Source: Candidatus Latescibacterota bacterium (lineage in GTDB: Bacteria > Latescibacterota > UBA2968 > GCA-2709665). From it: DNA of 64,000 bases. The notes under the pieces are model-generated. The model saw nothing but the letters and a program-made list of their open reading frames with translations. It was not told the DNA's origin and did not search any database. Positions 9,167 through 18,904 of the stretch are shown one piece after another (position 1 is the first letter of the stretch; every line of letters begins with the position of its first letter). Both the position numbers and the translations under genes were made by a program. The DNA is taken from the NCBI GenBank assembly GCA_965222075.1, contig OZ244937.1, forward strand, positions 2,560,001-2,624,000. The letters are read 5' to 3'.

Positions 9167-12100
9167 TCACTCCCCCCGGTCCATCAGCGAATAGACCGTC
9201 GGAATGATCACCAGGGTCAACAACGTGGCGCTGATCAGTCCGGCCACCACGGTAATCGCCATCGGCGTGCGGATCTCAGCCCCTTCCCCCACCCCTAAGG
9301 CCATGGGCAGCAGCCCCAGCACGGTGGTTGAGGTTGTCATCAAAATCGGCCGCAGGCGCACCGACCCCGCCTGCACGATCGCCTCGAATTTGGCCATCCC
9401 CCCCCGGCGCAGATGGTTGATATAATCCACCAGCACAATCGCGTTGTTCACCACAATGCCCGCCAGCATAATCAGCCCCAGAAACACCACCACGCTCAGC
9501 GGGGTACCGATCAAGCTGAGCACCACAATCACCCCGACCAGCGCTAAGGGGAACGTAGAAATGATCACAAAGGGATGGATGAAGGACTCAAACTGGGATG
9601 CCATCACAATATAAACTAAGAAAAGCGCCAGTCCCAGGGCTTTCCATAAGCTATCCAGCGATGTCTGCATCTCCCGGTTCTGGCCGCCAATCACAAACCT
9701 CACGTCCTGCGGCACGTCGATCCGTTCCAGAGCCTGCTGGATCAGCCCGGTCACGGTGCCCAGATCGATCCCGCTCACATTGGCCGTAATCAACACCGCG
9801 CGCTGCTGGTCGATGCGTCGAATCTCGCTGGGCCCCTCCTGCACCTGAATGTCGGCTACCGTCGCCAGCCGGATGGGCACCTCCCCGTTCGGATTCACCA
9901 CCAGACGCCGCAGGTCCGCCACCCCCGCCCGATCCGCTTCGCTTACCCGCACCAGCACATCGATGCGTCGGTCCGCCTCCCGAAACTGGGTCACCACCTC
10001 TCCCTGTACTTTCTCCCGAACCAGTGTGGCCACCGTGCGGAGGTTCAAATTGTACTTGGCCAGCAGATCCCGCCGGTAGACGACCTGCACCTCGGGGCTG
10101 CCCCGCTGCAGGCTCGACTTCACATCGTAGAGGCCGGGGATGCCCGACAGCGCCCGCTCCGCCTCCCGCCCCAGCCGGCTCAGATCGCGCAGTTCGTACC
10201 CCCGGAACTCCACCTCGATAGGAGTCTTAAAGCTGAACAGCGAGGGCCTGGAAAAAACGATCTTCACCTGCGGCAGATCGCCCAGGCCCGCCCGCAGCCG
10301 GGCCAGCAGGCCCTCCTCCCGCTGCGCCAGCAGGTTCTCGCCCATAACACCGCCCCAGATCTCCGCAGGCAGATGGCCTGTGGTCTGCCAGATCCGCGCC
10401 AACACGCCCTCTTCAACTGCGCCCTCGGCTTCCCGCAGCGCAACCGTCACCTTGGCGGTATGCTCGCCCTGATCCGAGGAGACAATCGACATCCGGTCCG
10501 CACCCACAACCGTTGCAATCCCCCCCACGTCCGGTTCGTTCAAAATCCGGGATTCGATCCGACGGACCACCGCGTCGGTCCGCTCCAGGGGCGTGCCGAC
10601 CGGCAGGGCGACCTCAACGTTAAACTCCCCCTGGTGCACCTGTGGAATCAGCTCCTTGCCGATCCGGGGCAGGAGGACAAACCAGCAGATGCCAAACGAC
10701 ACCAGCGCCAGAAAGACCACGGCCCAGCGGTTGTGCAGCGCCCACCCGATCGCCGGAGGATAGGCCCGGCTGACTGCGCCGAATCCCCTCTCAAACAGGA
10801 AAAGCAGAGGCCTCAGGATTGGTACGACCAGCAGGGCCAGCAGGGTCAGGCAGGCCACGCCGGTCAGGAGGACCAGCATCAGGGCCAGAACCAGGACCTT
10901 GCCCACCAGCACAAGCAGCAGAAAAATCAGGTATCGAAGCAGAAAATAGAAGGGTTCCAGCGGGAAAAGCAGCGCCAGAAAGACCAGGGCCAGCAGGGCC
11001 GGCGCCCCCTTCAAGATCCGCTTTGCATCCCGCTCCTGAAGCGCCCACCGGACCGTCCGCCGCATGGCCCCCCACGCCCAGCGCACCCCCTGGGGCAGGT
11101 CACCACCCAGCGACGCAGGGGCCGTGAACACAAGCAGATCGTCCCAGATCAACCGCACAAAGGCAGATCCGAACAAATCCCGGTCTTCGGCCCACCTGCA
11201 CAGCCCCTGCCAGACCTGGCCGGGGCCTGCCTTCCGCCGGACCTTCTGAACCAGCGAGGCAATCGGAAAAACCAGCACAGCCCCCACGATCAACGCCGCG
11301 GCTTTAAGAGCCACAGCGACGGTGGAAAGGAGCACCCACAGCACCCGCAGAACGAACTCGCCCAGCATCCAGAGCAACACAAGCAGGCCCCAACCCAGCA
11401 GGAACACGATCCCCCTGTGCCCCCCCGCCTGTCCCGACGCGACCGCCTTCAGCGCGGCGACCGACCGAAATTGCAAAATCTCCGACCGGACCAGCCCCCT
11501 CAGGCCGCCGGATCCCCCCACTTCCGCTTCGGGCGCGCCCCTGCCCAGTTGAACCCGGCGGGACGCCAGCATGGGGATGAAAAAGAGGGCCACGCCCAGA
11601 GAGGCCAGCAGAGAGAAGACCACCGCCAGTGACATGCTGCCAAAGACCTGACCCGCCACCCCCTCCACAAAAACGATCGGAAAAAAGACCGCGACCGTGG
11701 TCAACGTGGAGGCAAACACCGCCCCACCCACCTCGCCGGTCCCCCGTATGGCGGCCGCAACGATATCGTCCCCCTCCTCCCGGCAGCGGAAGATGCTCTC
11801 TAACACCACGATCGAATTGTCCACCAGCATCCCGACCCCCAGCGCCAGGCCGCCCAGCGACATGATATTCAGCGAGACGTCAAAAATCTTCATGGGCGCG
11901 AAGGTGGCCACAATCGAAATTGGGATGGCCAGTCCCACAATTGCGGTATGACCCGGGTTGCGGAGAAAAATGTAGAGTATCAGAATGGCCAGAATGCCCC
12001 CGATGATGGCCGTGTGCTTGACCTCGTCCAACGAACGCTTGATGAACGTGGACTGGTCCGACAGCACCTCCACCTCCAGGCCCGTGGGCAGGGCGTAGGC

Positions 12101-13186
12101 AATAAAACTCGTCATCTCCTTCAGCTGCACAAACTGCCGCACCTGGGCCTTCCGGTCGTCCGATTTGGCCTTTTCGATCTCCCCTGCTTTCAGCTTGGCC
12201 ACATAGTCCAGCTGCTCCGGCTCCCCGAACAACCGGGCCCGCACCCGCTGCGCCGTGGCCACAATATTGGCGTCGGCCTCCTTGAAAATCTCGATCTCCA
12301 CGCTTTCGACGCCGTTGACGCGGGTGGTCATCTCCCGTTCCTTGTGCGTGCGCGCCACCAGCCCCACATCCTTGAGCCGGATCTCCACCCCGTTCTTCTG
12401 CCCCACCACTAAGTTCTTGATCTCCTCCATCGACTGGAACTCATTCAGCGTGCGCACCAGGTACTGAGTCTGCCCATCCAACAGGCTCCCTCCCGCTAAG
12501 TTCACGTTCTCCTCCTGCAGCCTCCGGTTGATGCCGGCAATCCCCAGGCCCATCAGCGCAAGCTGGCGCTCGCTGATCTCCACCCGGATCTCCTCTTCCA
12601 GCCCACCGTGCACCCGCGCCGCGGCCACCCCCTTCAGCGCCTCTAACTCCTGTTTGATCTCCTCCTCGGCGATCCGCCGGAGCGTAAAGAGGTTCGCATC
12701 TCCGTAGACCCCGATGCGCATAATCGGATCCTGCGTTGGATCATAACGCAAAATCAGAGGTTTGTTCACCCCCCGCGGCCGGCGCCACCGGTCTAAGTTC
12801 TCGCGCACCGTCTGCACGGCGTCGTTCATATTGGCGTCCCAGCCAAACTCCAGGATAACGTCTGAGAGGCCCGCCCTGGAGATGGAGGTGATGCTGACTA
12901 AGTTGTTCAGCACCCCCAGGGTTTGTTCGATGGGACGGGAGATCAGATTCTCCACCTCTTCCGGCGCCGTATCCGGGTAATCCGTACGAACCGTCAGCGT
13001 CGGATAGGAGATGTTGGGCATCAGCGTAAGGGAAAGCTTCTGGTAGGAGATATACCCAAAAACAGCCACGGCTAAGACCACCATAATGATGGCCACGGGC
13101 CGCCGCGTCGTAATCTCAAACGTCTGGGAAACCCGCGTCCTGGCCCGGAAGAGGGGGGAGGGCGTCTCTTTGGGGGAATCGTCCAT
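9167..13186 (-). CDS. RND efflux permease (AcrB/AcrD/AcrF family) with a large central insertion
   Basis: GMLVDNSIVVLE, GIVVNNAIVLVD and RLRPILMT motifs; 1339 aa against the usual ~1030-1050. Confidence 0.95.
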   Translation of the reverse strand: MDDSPKETPSPLFRARTRVSQTFEITTRRPVAIIMVVLAVAVFGYISYQKLSLTLMPNISYPTLTVRTDYPDTAPEEVENLISRPIEQTLGVLNNLVSITSISRAGLSDVILEFGWDANMNDAVQTVRENLDRWRRPRGVNKPLILRYDPTQDPIMRIGVYGDANLFTLRRIAEEEIKQELEALKGVAAARVHGGLEEEIRVEISERQLALMGLGIAGINRRLQEENVNLAGGSLLDGQTQYLVRTLNEFQSMEEIKNLVVGQKNGVEIRLKDVGLVARTHKEREMTTRVNGVESVEIEIFKEADANIVATAQRVRARLFGEPEQLDYVAKLKAGEIEKAKSDDRKAQVRQFVQLKEMTSFIAYALPTGLEVEVLSDQSTFIKRSLDEVKHTAIIGGILAILILYIFLRNPGHTAIVGLAIPISIVATFAPMKIFDVSLNIMSLGGLALGVGMLVDNSIVVLESIFRCREEGDDIVAAAIRGTGEVGGAVFASTLTTVAVFFPIVFVEGVAGQVFGSMSLAVVFSLLASLGVALFFIPMLASRRVQLGRGAPEAEVGGSGGLRGLVRSEILQFRSVAALKAVASGQAGGHRGIVFLLGWGLLVLLWMLGEFVLRVLWVLLSTVAVALKAAALIVGAVLVFPIASLVQKVRRKAGPGQVWQGLCRWAEDRDLFGSAFVRLIWDDLLVFTAPASLGGDLPQGVRWAWGAMRRTVRWALQERDAKRILKGAPALLALVFLALLFPLEPFYFLLRYLIFLLLVLVGKVLVLALMLVLLTGVACLTLLALLVVPILRPLLFLFERGFGAVSRAYPPAIGWALHNRWAVVFLALVSFGICWFVLLPRIGKELIPQVHQGEFNVEVALPVGTPLERTDAVVRRIESRILNEPDVGGIATVVGADRMSIVSSDQGEHTAKVTVALREAEGAVEEGVLARIWQTTGHLPAEIWGGVMGENLLAQREEGLLARLRAGLGDLPQVKIVFSRPSLFSFKTPIEVEFRGYELRDLSRLGREAERALSGIPGLYDVKSSLQRGSPEVQVVYRRDLLAKYNLNLRTVATLVREKVQGEVVTQFREADRRIDVLVRVSEADRAGVADLRRLVVNPNGEVPIRLATVADIQVQEGPSEIRRIDQQRAVLITANVSGIDLGTVTGLIQQALERIDVPQDVRFVIGGQNREMQTSLDSLWKALGLALFLVYIVMASQFESFIHPFVIISTFPLALVGVIVVLSLIGTPLSVVVFLGLIMLAGIVVNNAIVLVDYINHLRRGGMAKFEAIVQAGSVRLRPILMTTSTTVLGLLPMALGVGEGAEIRTPMAITVVAGLISATLLTLVIIPTVYSLMDRGE

Positions 13187-13274
13187 TTTCCTGGTTCACC
13201 TGGTCAATATTGAGTTTACTCCGAAAAGGCAGGTTTACTCATTCGAAAAAAAGTACTAATCCGCATTCCGAAAT

Positions 13275-14438
13275 CTATGACGCCTGGTCCTTCCCCTTCG
13301 TCGTATCCGGCCTGGCCGGGATCCGGAGGCCTTCTCCTTCGATAACCCGGACCTTTGCCTGGTCCTTCAACCCGTTTTGCCCCACCACCACGATCAGATC
13401 TCCCCGCTCGATGCCCGAAAGCACCTCTAAGTGCTTGCTGTCTTCAAATCCTACCTCAAGCTTGACCTTCCTGGCGGTGCTGTCCTCCACCACAAACACG
13501 TGGGGCAGCCCATCGTCGTAAACCACGGCGCGTTTGGGCACCAGAACCGCCTGCTCGTGGGTCGCCGTCACAATATGGGACTTCACGAACATACCGGGAC
13601 GCAGCTGACCGTCCGTGTTGTGGAGTTCGAGCGTCACCTTAAACGTCCCGCTGCCCGGGTCCACCACCGGACTGATGCGCATGACGCGCCCCCTCAACGT
13701 GGAATCGGGCAGAAAATCGGTCGTGATCATCGCGGGCCGCCCCACAGACAGATTTCGCATCTCCCGGCCCGGCACGTGCACCCGGGCAATCAGGCTCACC
13801 ATATTCACAAGCACATAGAGCTTGTTGCTCGGCCCAATCCGATCGCCCAATTTCACGATTCGCTCCGCAACCACTCCGTCCACGGGCGACCGTACCGATG
13901 CGTGGGCCAGCGCCAGTTTGGCCCGTTCCCATTGGATCCGGGCCTGCTCCAGACCGTATTTTTGTTGCTCGTACTCCTCATTGGAAAGCAGCTTTCGGCT
14001 GAACATCTCCTTCCTCCGACGGAACTGGCTCTCCAATTTCTGGTAGTTCACCCAGGCATCGGCCTCAGACAGCTTCAAATCGTCGTCCATCAGCTCCACC
14101 AAGACCTGCCCTGTCCTCACCTGGTCCCCCTCTTCTGCCAGCACACGCCGCACCAGACCCGTCGTCTGGGTGTAGACGTCCACCGCCTCCTCCGTCTCCA
14201 CCGTCGCGTCGTACAGCAAATAGGAGGAAATCTCCCCCGCCTCCACAGAGTCCACCTTCACCGGCACCCCCTCGGGCACCTTCTTTTTCTTTTGCGCGGC
14301 CTTTGTCGAATCGGCCTTCGCGCCTTCCTGCTTTTCCCCCTCGGCCCCCTCCCCTCCACAGCCGGTTAGCGCCATGGAAATCAGAAGCAGCACGGCGAGG
14401 GACTTCCACACCCGTACCCCTACCGCATACATAAACAT
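13275..14438 (-). CDS. RND periplasmic adaptor (MFP) lipoprotein
   Basis: Lipobox LTGC; lipoyl EEGD.V..GQ.L, SPVDG.V, LRPGMF and VP..AV motifs. Confidence 0.93.
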   Translation of the reverse strand: MFMYAVGVRVWKSLAVLLLISMALTGCGGEGAEGEKQEGAKADSTKAAQKKKKVPEGVPVKVDSVEAGEISSYLLYDATVETEEAVDVYTQTTGLVRRVLAEEGDQVRTGQVLVELMDDDLKLSEADAWVNYQKLESQFRRRKEMFSRKLLSNEEYEQQKYGLEQARIQWERAKLALAHASVRSPVDGVVAERIVKLGDRIGPSNKLYVLVNMVSLIARVHVPGREMRNLSVGRPAMITTDFLPDSTLRGRVMRISPVVDPGSGTFKVTLELHNTDGQLRPGMFVKSHIVTATHEQAVLVPKRAVVYDDGLPHVFVVEDSTARKVKLEVGFEDSKHLEVLSGIERGDLIVVVGQNGLKDQAKVRVIEGEGLRIPARPDTTKGKDQAS

Positions 14439-14492
14439 CCAAAACCCCTTCTCGAATTTCGGAATTCGGTTGAACTTCGACCTCTCTTTTTC

Positions 14493-14519
14493 GACTCTTA
14501 AAGGCGGCCGGATGTTTCA
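14493..14519 (-). promoter_or_regulatory. Putative ECF-sigma promoter upstream of the MFP gene
   Basis: TGAAAC-N16-GAGTC. Confidence 0.4.
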
Positions 14520-14539
14520 CCAAAAGGCGCCGTCATCCT

Positions 14540-14782
14540 CAGGACCTCACGCCGTCCAGCAGCAGCCGGCCGATGAAATCCTCCCGGTAGCCCAGGGTGT
14601 AGAGCAAAAAAAAACAGGATAGATCGATCCTGCGCCAAATCGGTGTTCGGCCGGGAACAAGCGTAATCGCCTGCCCCACAGGCACATGGTGTGGTACTCC
14701 TCCCCAGGAGATCCCGGAGAAGCAACTCTGCGCGTCCGTCCATCCCCGTTCGGATGACGTCTCCGGGGCGCAGCAGGTCTCC
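14540..14782 (-). pseudogene. Gene remnant containing a FecR-like fragment
   Basis: GDLLRPGDVIRTGMDGRAELLLRD directly after the mrp stop; no start codon or RBS; degenerates afterwards. Confidence 0.45.
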
Positions 14783-15589
14783 CTATTCCAGACCTCCCTT
14801 CTCGATCGTTTCTATGACCCGCCTGGCCACCCTCCGATACGTCCGCCCCACCTCCGACTCGGGTTCGGCCGCCGTGATCGGTGTGCCCACATCTCCAGCC
14901 CGCCGCACCTGCAAATCTAAGGGGATCTCCCCCAGGAAGGGGATCCCGTAGAGATCCGCAGTCTGTCGCCCCCCGCCGTGCCCGAAGATATCCGTATGCG
15001 TCTTGCACTTTCCGCAGATGTACGTGCTCATGTTTTCAACAACCCCCAGCACCGGCACGTTGACCGTGTGAAACATCTGTACCCCCCGCCGCACATCCTC
15101 CAGCGCCACCGGCTGGGGGGTGGTCACAATCACCGCACCCTCTAAGGGCGCCGTCTGCGTCAGGGTCAGCTGCACATCCCCGGTCCCGGGAGGCAGGTCC
15201 ACCACCAGATAATCTAAAGGCGCCCACGCCACATCCTGCAGAAACTGCGTCACCATCTTGGCCAGCATCGGCCCTCGCCAGATCACCGGCACCCCCTCCT
15301 GGGCAATCAACCCCAGCGAGATCACCTTCACCCCGTGCCGCTCCGGGGGAACCATCTTTCCCTCGTCGCTCATCTCGGGTCGTTCTCTTACCCCCATCAT
15401 AATCGGCACATTGGGGCCGTAGATATCGCCGTCCATCAGCCCGACCTCTGCCCCCTCCTGCGCCAGAGCCACCGAGAGATTTACCGCCGTGGTCGATTTG
15501 CCCACTCCCCCCTTTCCACTGGCCACGGCCAGCATGTGCTTCACGCCTGGAATGGACGGACGCTCGGGCATGGTCGGATGTGCGTTCAC
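14783..15589 (-). CDS. mrp: Mrp/ApbC/NBP35 Fe-S cluster carrier ATPase
   Basis: SGKGGVGKST, DLPPGTGD, VTTPQ and ENMS..C..C motifs; GTG start with AGGAG RBS. Confidence 0.93.
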   Translation of the reverse strand: MNAHPTMPERPSIPGVKHMLAVASGKGGVGKSTTAVNLSVALAQEGAEVGLMDGDIYGPNVPIMMGVRERPEMSDEGKMVPPERHGVKVISLGLIAQEGVPVIWRGPMLAKMVTQFLQDVAWAPLDYLVVDLPPGTGDVQLTLTQTAPLEGAVIVTTPQPVALEDVRRGVQMFHTVNVPVLGVVENMSTYICGKCKTHTDIFGHGGGRQTADLYGIPFLGEIPLDLQVRRAGDVGTPITAAEPESEVGRTYRRVARRVIETIEKGGLE

Positions 15590-15641
15590 ACCGAATTCTC
15601 CTCTCCATACAACCGTTTCAGGGTGCCCCTCACCGTGCCCA

Positions 15642-15670
15642 AATATACGGGAGACCGCACGGACCGTCAA
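15642..15670 (-). promoter_or_regulatory. sigma70-type promoter of mrp
   Basis: TTGACG-N17-TATATT. Confidence 0.7.
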
Positions 15671-15705
15671 CCCCTTCCGGGAGCTGCGACGAGGGTTGCC
15701 ACAAG

Positions 15706-15741
15706 AAAGGGCCGTCCTGCCGGATTCAGAACGGCCCTTTT
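15706..15741 (-). terminator. Intrinsic terminator after the aminotransferase
   Basis: AAAGGGCCGT...ACGGCCCTTT inverted repeat. Confidence 0.75.
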
Positions 15742-15760
15742 CGATCGCCAGGCGCAACAC

Positions 15761-16879
15761 TTACCCTTCCTGGGTCTCCCGCACACACTCGGCCAGCAGG
15801 GCAATCCCCTCCCGGATCTCGTCTAAAGAGGCAAACCCGAACGCCAGCCGTATATAGGCTACATCCCGGCTGTAAACGTGGAAAGCCTTTCCGGTTGCGT
15901 AGTCGATCCCCCGCGACTCGGCAAGCCGTTCACACACGGCCGTATCGGTCCCATCCGGCAGCTTCACCCAGATAAAGAGGCCCCCTTTGGGGCGGCTAAA
16001 CCATTCGAAAGCATCGGGGAACTGCGCCAGCATCTCGAACATCAGGTCTCGCTTCTGCTTCACAATCGCGTTGATCACCTCTAAGTGGGACCACATCTCC
16101 TCGCGGAAGAACTCGTATACAACCGCGGCGCTCAAAGCACTGGTCCCCCCGTCCCGGCGGTACTGCAAGATCTGGTCCAACAGCGGCTGCGGCGCCGCAA
16201 AGTAGCCCATGCGCACCCCCGGCCCCAGGATCTTGGAAAGCGACTCGATGTGGATGACAGGCGTCTCGTGTTCCAAAGTGTAGAGCGCAGGCACGTGGCA
16301 CGCTTCATACACCGTATCGGCGTAGCAGTGGTCCTCTACCACCGGGATCTCAAACCGACCTGCAATCGCAAGCAGCTCCTCTCGTCGTTCCAGCGGCATA
16401 ATCGACCCCGTCGGATTCTGGTAGGTGGCCAGAGTATAGATAAACTTCGGCCGCTTTCCCCGGGCCGTCAAATCCGCCACCGCATCCTCCAGGGCGTCCA
16501 TCCGCATCCCATCCTCATCCAGCGGGATGCCCACCAGTTCGGCCCGCTCCTTCTGGTAGGCGCCGATGGTCCCCGAATAGGAGTACTCCTCCATCACAAT
16601 CACATCCCCAGGCGCCTCCACAAAGGCCTGCGCCATCAGGGTCACCGCCTGCATTGACCCCGTGGTCAGCGCCACCTGGCCCACCGGCAGAGGCGCCCCC
16701 TCCCGCCGCTCGAACCGCTCCGACATCAGCCGCCGCAGAGGCTCAAACCCGAGACTGCCGGGATATTTCGCCAGTTCATCGCCCAGCTCGGGCAGGATCC
16801 GCATCGCCGCCTCGGCCAGCCCCCGGTTCGGAAACGAGCCAGGATCGGGCCGCCCGCTGCCAAAGGGAAACGTCTTCAT
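15761..16879 (-). CDS. PLP-dependent aminotransferase class I/II (LysN/MocR-like)
   Basis: YQNPTG, ED..Y and SLSKILGPGVRMG (PLP lysine). Confidence 0.92.
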   Translation of the reverse strand: MKTFPFGSGRPDPGSFPNRGLAEAAMRILPELGDELAKYPGSLGFEPLRRLMSERFERREGAPLPVGQVALTTGSMQAVTLMAQAFVEAPGDVIVMEEYSYSGTIGAYQKERAELVGIPLDEDGMRMDALEDAVADLTARGKRPKFIYTLATYQNPTGSIMPLERREELLAIAGRFEIPVVEDHCYADTVYEACHVPALYTLEHETPVIHIESLSKILGPGVRMGYFAAPQPLLDQILQYRRDGGTSALSAAVVYEFFREEMWSHLEVINAIVKQKRDLMFEMLAQFPDAFEWFSRPKGGLFIWVKLPDGTDTAVCERLAESRGIDYATGKAFHVYSRDVAYIRLAFGFASLDEIREGIALLAECVRETQEG

Positions 16880-16932
16880 TCAGACCCTTTATCATTGTAG
16901 ATTGTGGATTGAAGGTTTTTAAATTCGCAATC

Positions 16933-18528
16933 CTAATACCCTTTCTCTTTCCCGCCCAGCCTTGGATCCAGCGTCGCCATCAGTTCGCTTGACTCCGCCA
17001 CCTCAATCGCCCGCACACTTGCAGCCGCACTCCCCTTGCGCAGCGTATATCCCACCGACCGGAGATACGCCGGGGCGGCCTCGCCAAACTCCTCTTCCAT
17101 CATCACCCACTTGTTGCCTTCCGAGTGCACCCTGGGCGCAGATACGGCCCAGTCGAGATCTTCGTCCAGCACCAGCCGCCGTGTCAAAACCTGAAACAGG
17201 GACGACGGAATGCGTGTGCCGCCCGATGCCCCAATCGTCATAGACGGATCCCGATCTTTCAGAACCAGTGTGGGACACATATTCACCAACGGGGCCTTGC
17301 CGGGGCCCACCGAGTTGGGCAGGCCAGATCCCGGATCGAAACGGGACATCCCGGCGTTCATCGTCAACCCCATTCTGGGAATGGTCACAAACGACCCGTA
17401 AGACGGACCGTGAGTCAGCGTGAGCGACACCATATTTCGATCTACATCTACTACCGAGATATGGGTGGTACCGCCCGAATACAGGGGGCGCAGCAGGCAC
17501 TGCCCGTGTTTTCCCTCCGAAACATAGTCGGCCACCTCGCGGCCCGTTGCCCCGATATTCACATCCGACATCACCATGTCAAGCGGCACATCCACAGCCC
17601 TGGGGTCTCCAAAGTGCCGGTAGCGGTCCAGCCAGGCCGCGCGGATCGTCTCCGTCATGCCATGCGCCAGCCGCGCGGCGTCCCTCGCCCAGAGATCCAG
17701 CTCGGCCACCTCGGCAATGCGGCACATCTGCAGCAGGCTGACCCCGCTGCTGCAGAGGGGAGCGCTGTAAAGATCGTAGCCCATGCACGTTGCGTGGACC
17801 GGCTCCACCAGCCGGGCTTGATACGCTTCCATATCTTCTTTGGCCAGAATCCCCCCGTTTTCCTGGATGTGGGCCACAATCCGGTCCGCAATTCTTCCCT
17901 TGTAAAATTCCTCAACGCCTTTCCTGGCAACCTGTTCCAGCATCTTACCCAGGTAAGTATTCTTGGCCCGATCCCCTGTCCTGGGAGGGGCATTGTCAAC
18001 CAGAAGCAGACGGGCGGTTTCCGGAAACATCCGGATGTTCCGTTCACAACTCGCCACACGGTCCGCATACGCCGCCGAAATCCGAAACCCGTTCTGGCAG
18101 GCGCGGACTGCCGGTGCCAGCGCATCGGCCAGCGAAAACGTCCCGAACCTCTCCAGGGCCAGGGCCAGCCCTGCCAGCACACCGGGCACCGACACCGCCC
18201 GGTAACCGACCGCATTGGCCCCGTCTTTCACCGTTGATCCGAAGCGCCCATCCGAACGGAGCACCTCATACATCGTCGGCGCAGCGGCACGGGGCGCAAC
18301 CGTATTGAAATCGATGCACCTGACCTCGCCCCCCATATAAATGACCATCATCCCCCCGTACCCCCCAATCCCGCTTGCGTGGGACGCGACCACACTTGCC
18401 AACAGGGCGGCCGTTACGGCTGCATCCACCGCATTTCCCCCCTTCTTCAGCACAGCAACCCCTGCAGTATCTGCCTCCGGCTGTCCCACAACAGCTCCGT
18501 GGTCAAACGTCAACGACACAGATTTCAC
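16933..18528 (-). CDS. ggt: Gamma-glutamyltransferase family (Ntn hydrolase)
   Basis: GGNAVDAA, SGIGG, VPG, autocleavage TTHISVVD and GASGG. Confidence 0.9.
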   Translation of the reverse strand: MKSVSLTFDHGAVVGQPEADTAGVAVLKKGGNAVDAAVTAALLASVVASHASGIGGYGGMMVIYMGGEVRCIDFNTVAPRAAAPTMYEVLRSDGRFGSTVKDGANAVGYRAVSVPGVLAGLALALERFGTFSLADALAPAVRACQNGFRISAAYADRVASCERNIRMFPETARLLLVDNAPPRTGDRAKNTYLGKMLEQVARKGVEEFYKGRIADRIVAHIQENGGILAKEDMEAYQARLVEPVHATCMGYDLYSAPLCSSGVSLLQMCRIAEVAELDLWARDAARLAHGMTETIRAAWLDRYRHFGDPRAVDVPLDMVMSDVNIGATGREVADYVSEGKHGQCLLRPLYSGGTTHISVVDVDRNMVSLTLTHGPSYGSFVTIPRMGLTMNAGMSRFDPGSGLPNSVGPGKAPLVNMCPTLVLKDRDPSMTIGASGGTRIPSSLFQVLTRRLVLDEDLDWAVSAPRVHSEGNKWVMMEEEFGEAAPAYLRSVGYTLRKGSAAASVRAIEVAESSELMATLDPRLGGKEKGY

Positions 18529-18678
18529 TCCCCCTTTCCGATGATGAAGAATATATATATCATGTCGCTCTCCACCTGATCAAGCCTTTTTTCCCTGGCC
18601 AACCGTCAGTCCAAACGCCAAACGTCTGATGCCTTTTGTTTCACGTTTATGGACGGTATCATGCACAACCGTATCATA

Positions 18679-18760
18679 ATATAGTGCCTCTTCCCGTGAA
18701 AGTCAATCGGGCTGAGGGGGTAGAGATTCTCTTGACGGCGGGTGGTGAAATTTTTATCTT
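18679..18760. promoter_or_regulatory. Divergent sigma70-type promoters
   Basis: Minus strand TTGACT-N17-TATATT; plus strand TTGACG-N17-TATCTT. Confidence 0.6.
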
Positions 18761-18904
18761 GTCGAAGCTGAAAACCTGAACCTCTGCGCTTTGCAAAAGT
18801 CGGGATAAAAGTACACCTGAGGTACGGCTGCCTCAAGTTCGATGGGGGGACCTCCCCGTTGGAGATCTTCTGAACCAGCCGGGCCCCAACGAGGATGTAC
18901 GCAT

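Noticed and set aside
14783-14785. Pyrrolysine readthrough of the mrp TAG
   Set aside because: Downstream similarity lasts only ~24 codons and there are no pyl genes in view
15590-15760. 57-aa N-terminal extension of Mrp in the ORF track
   Set aside because: The region contains a terminator and a promoter; the RBS supports GTG at 15589
18760-18904. Riboswitch in the beta-propeller leader
   Set aside because: No recognisable aptamer consensus or terminator
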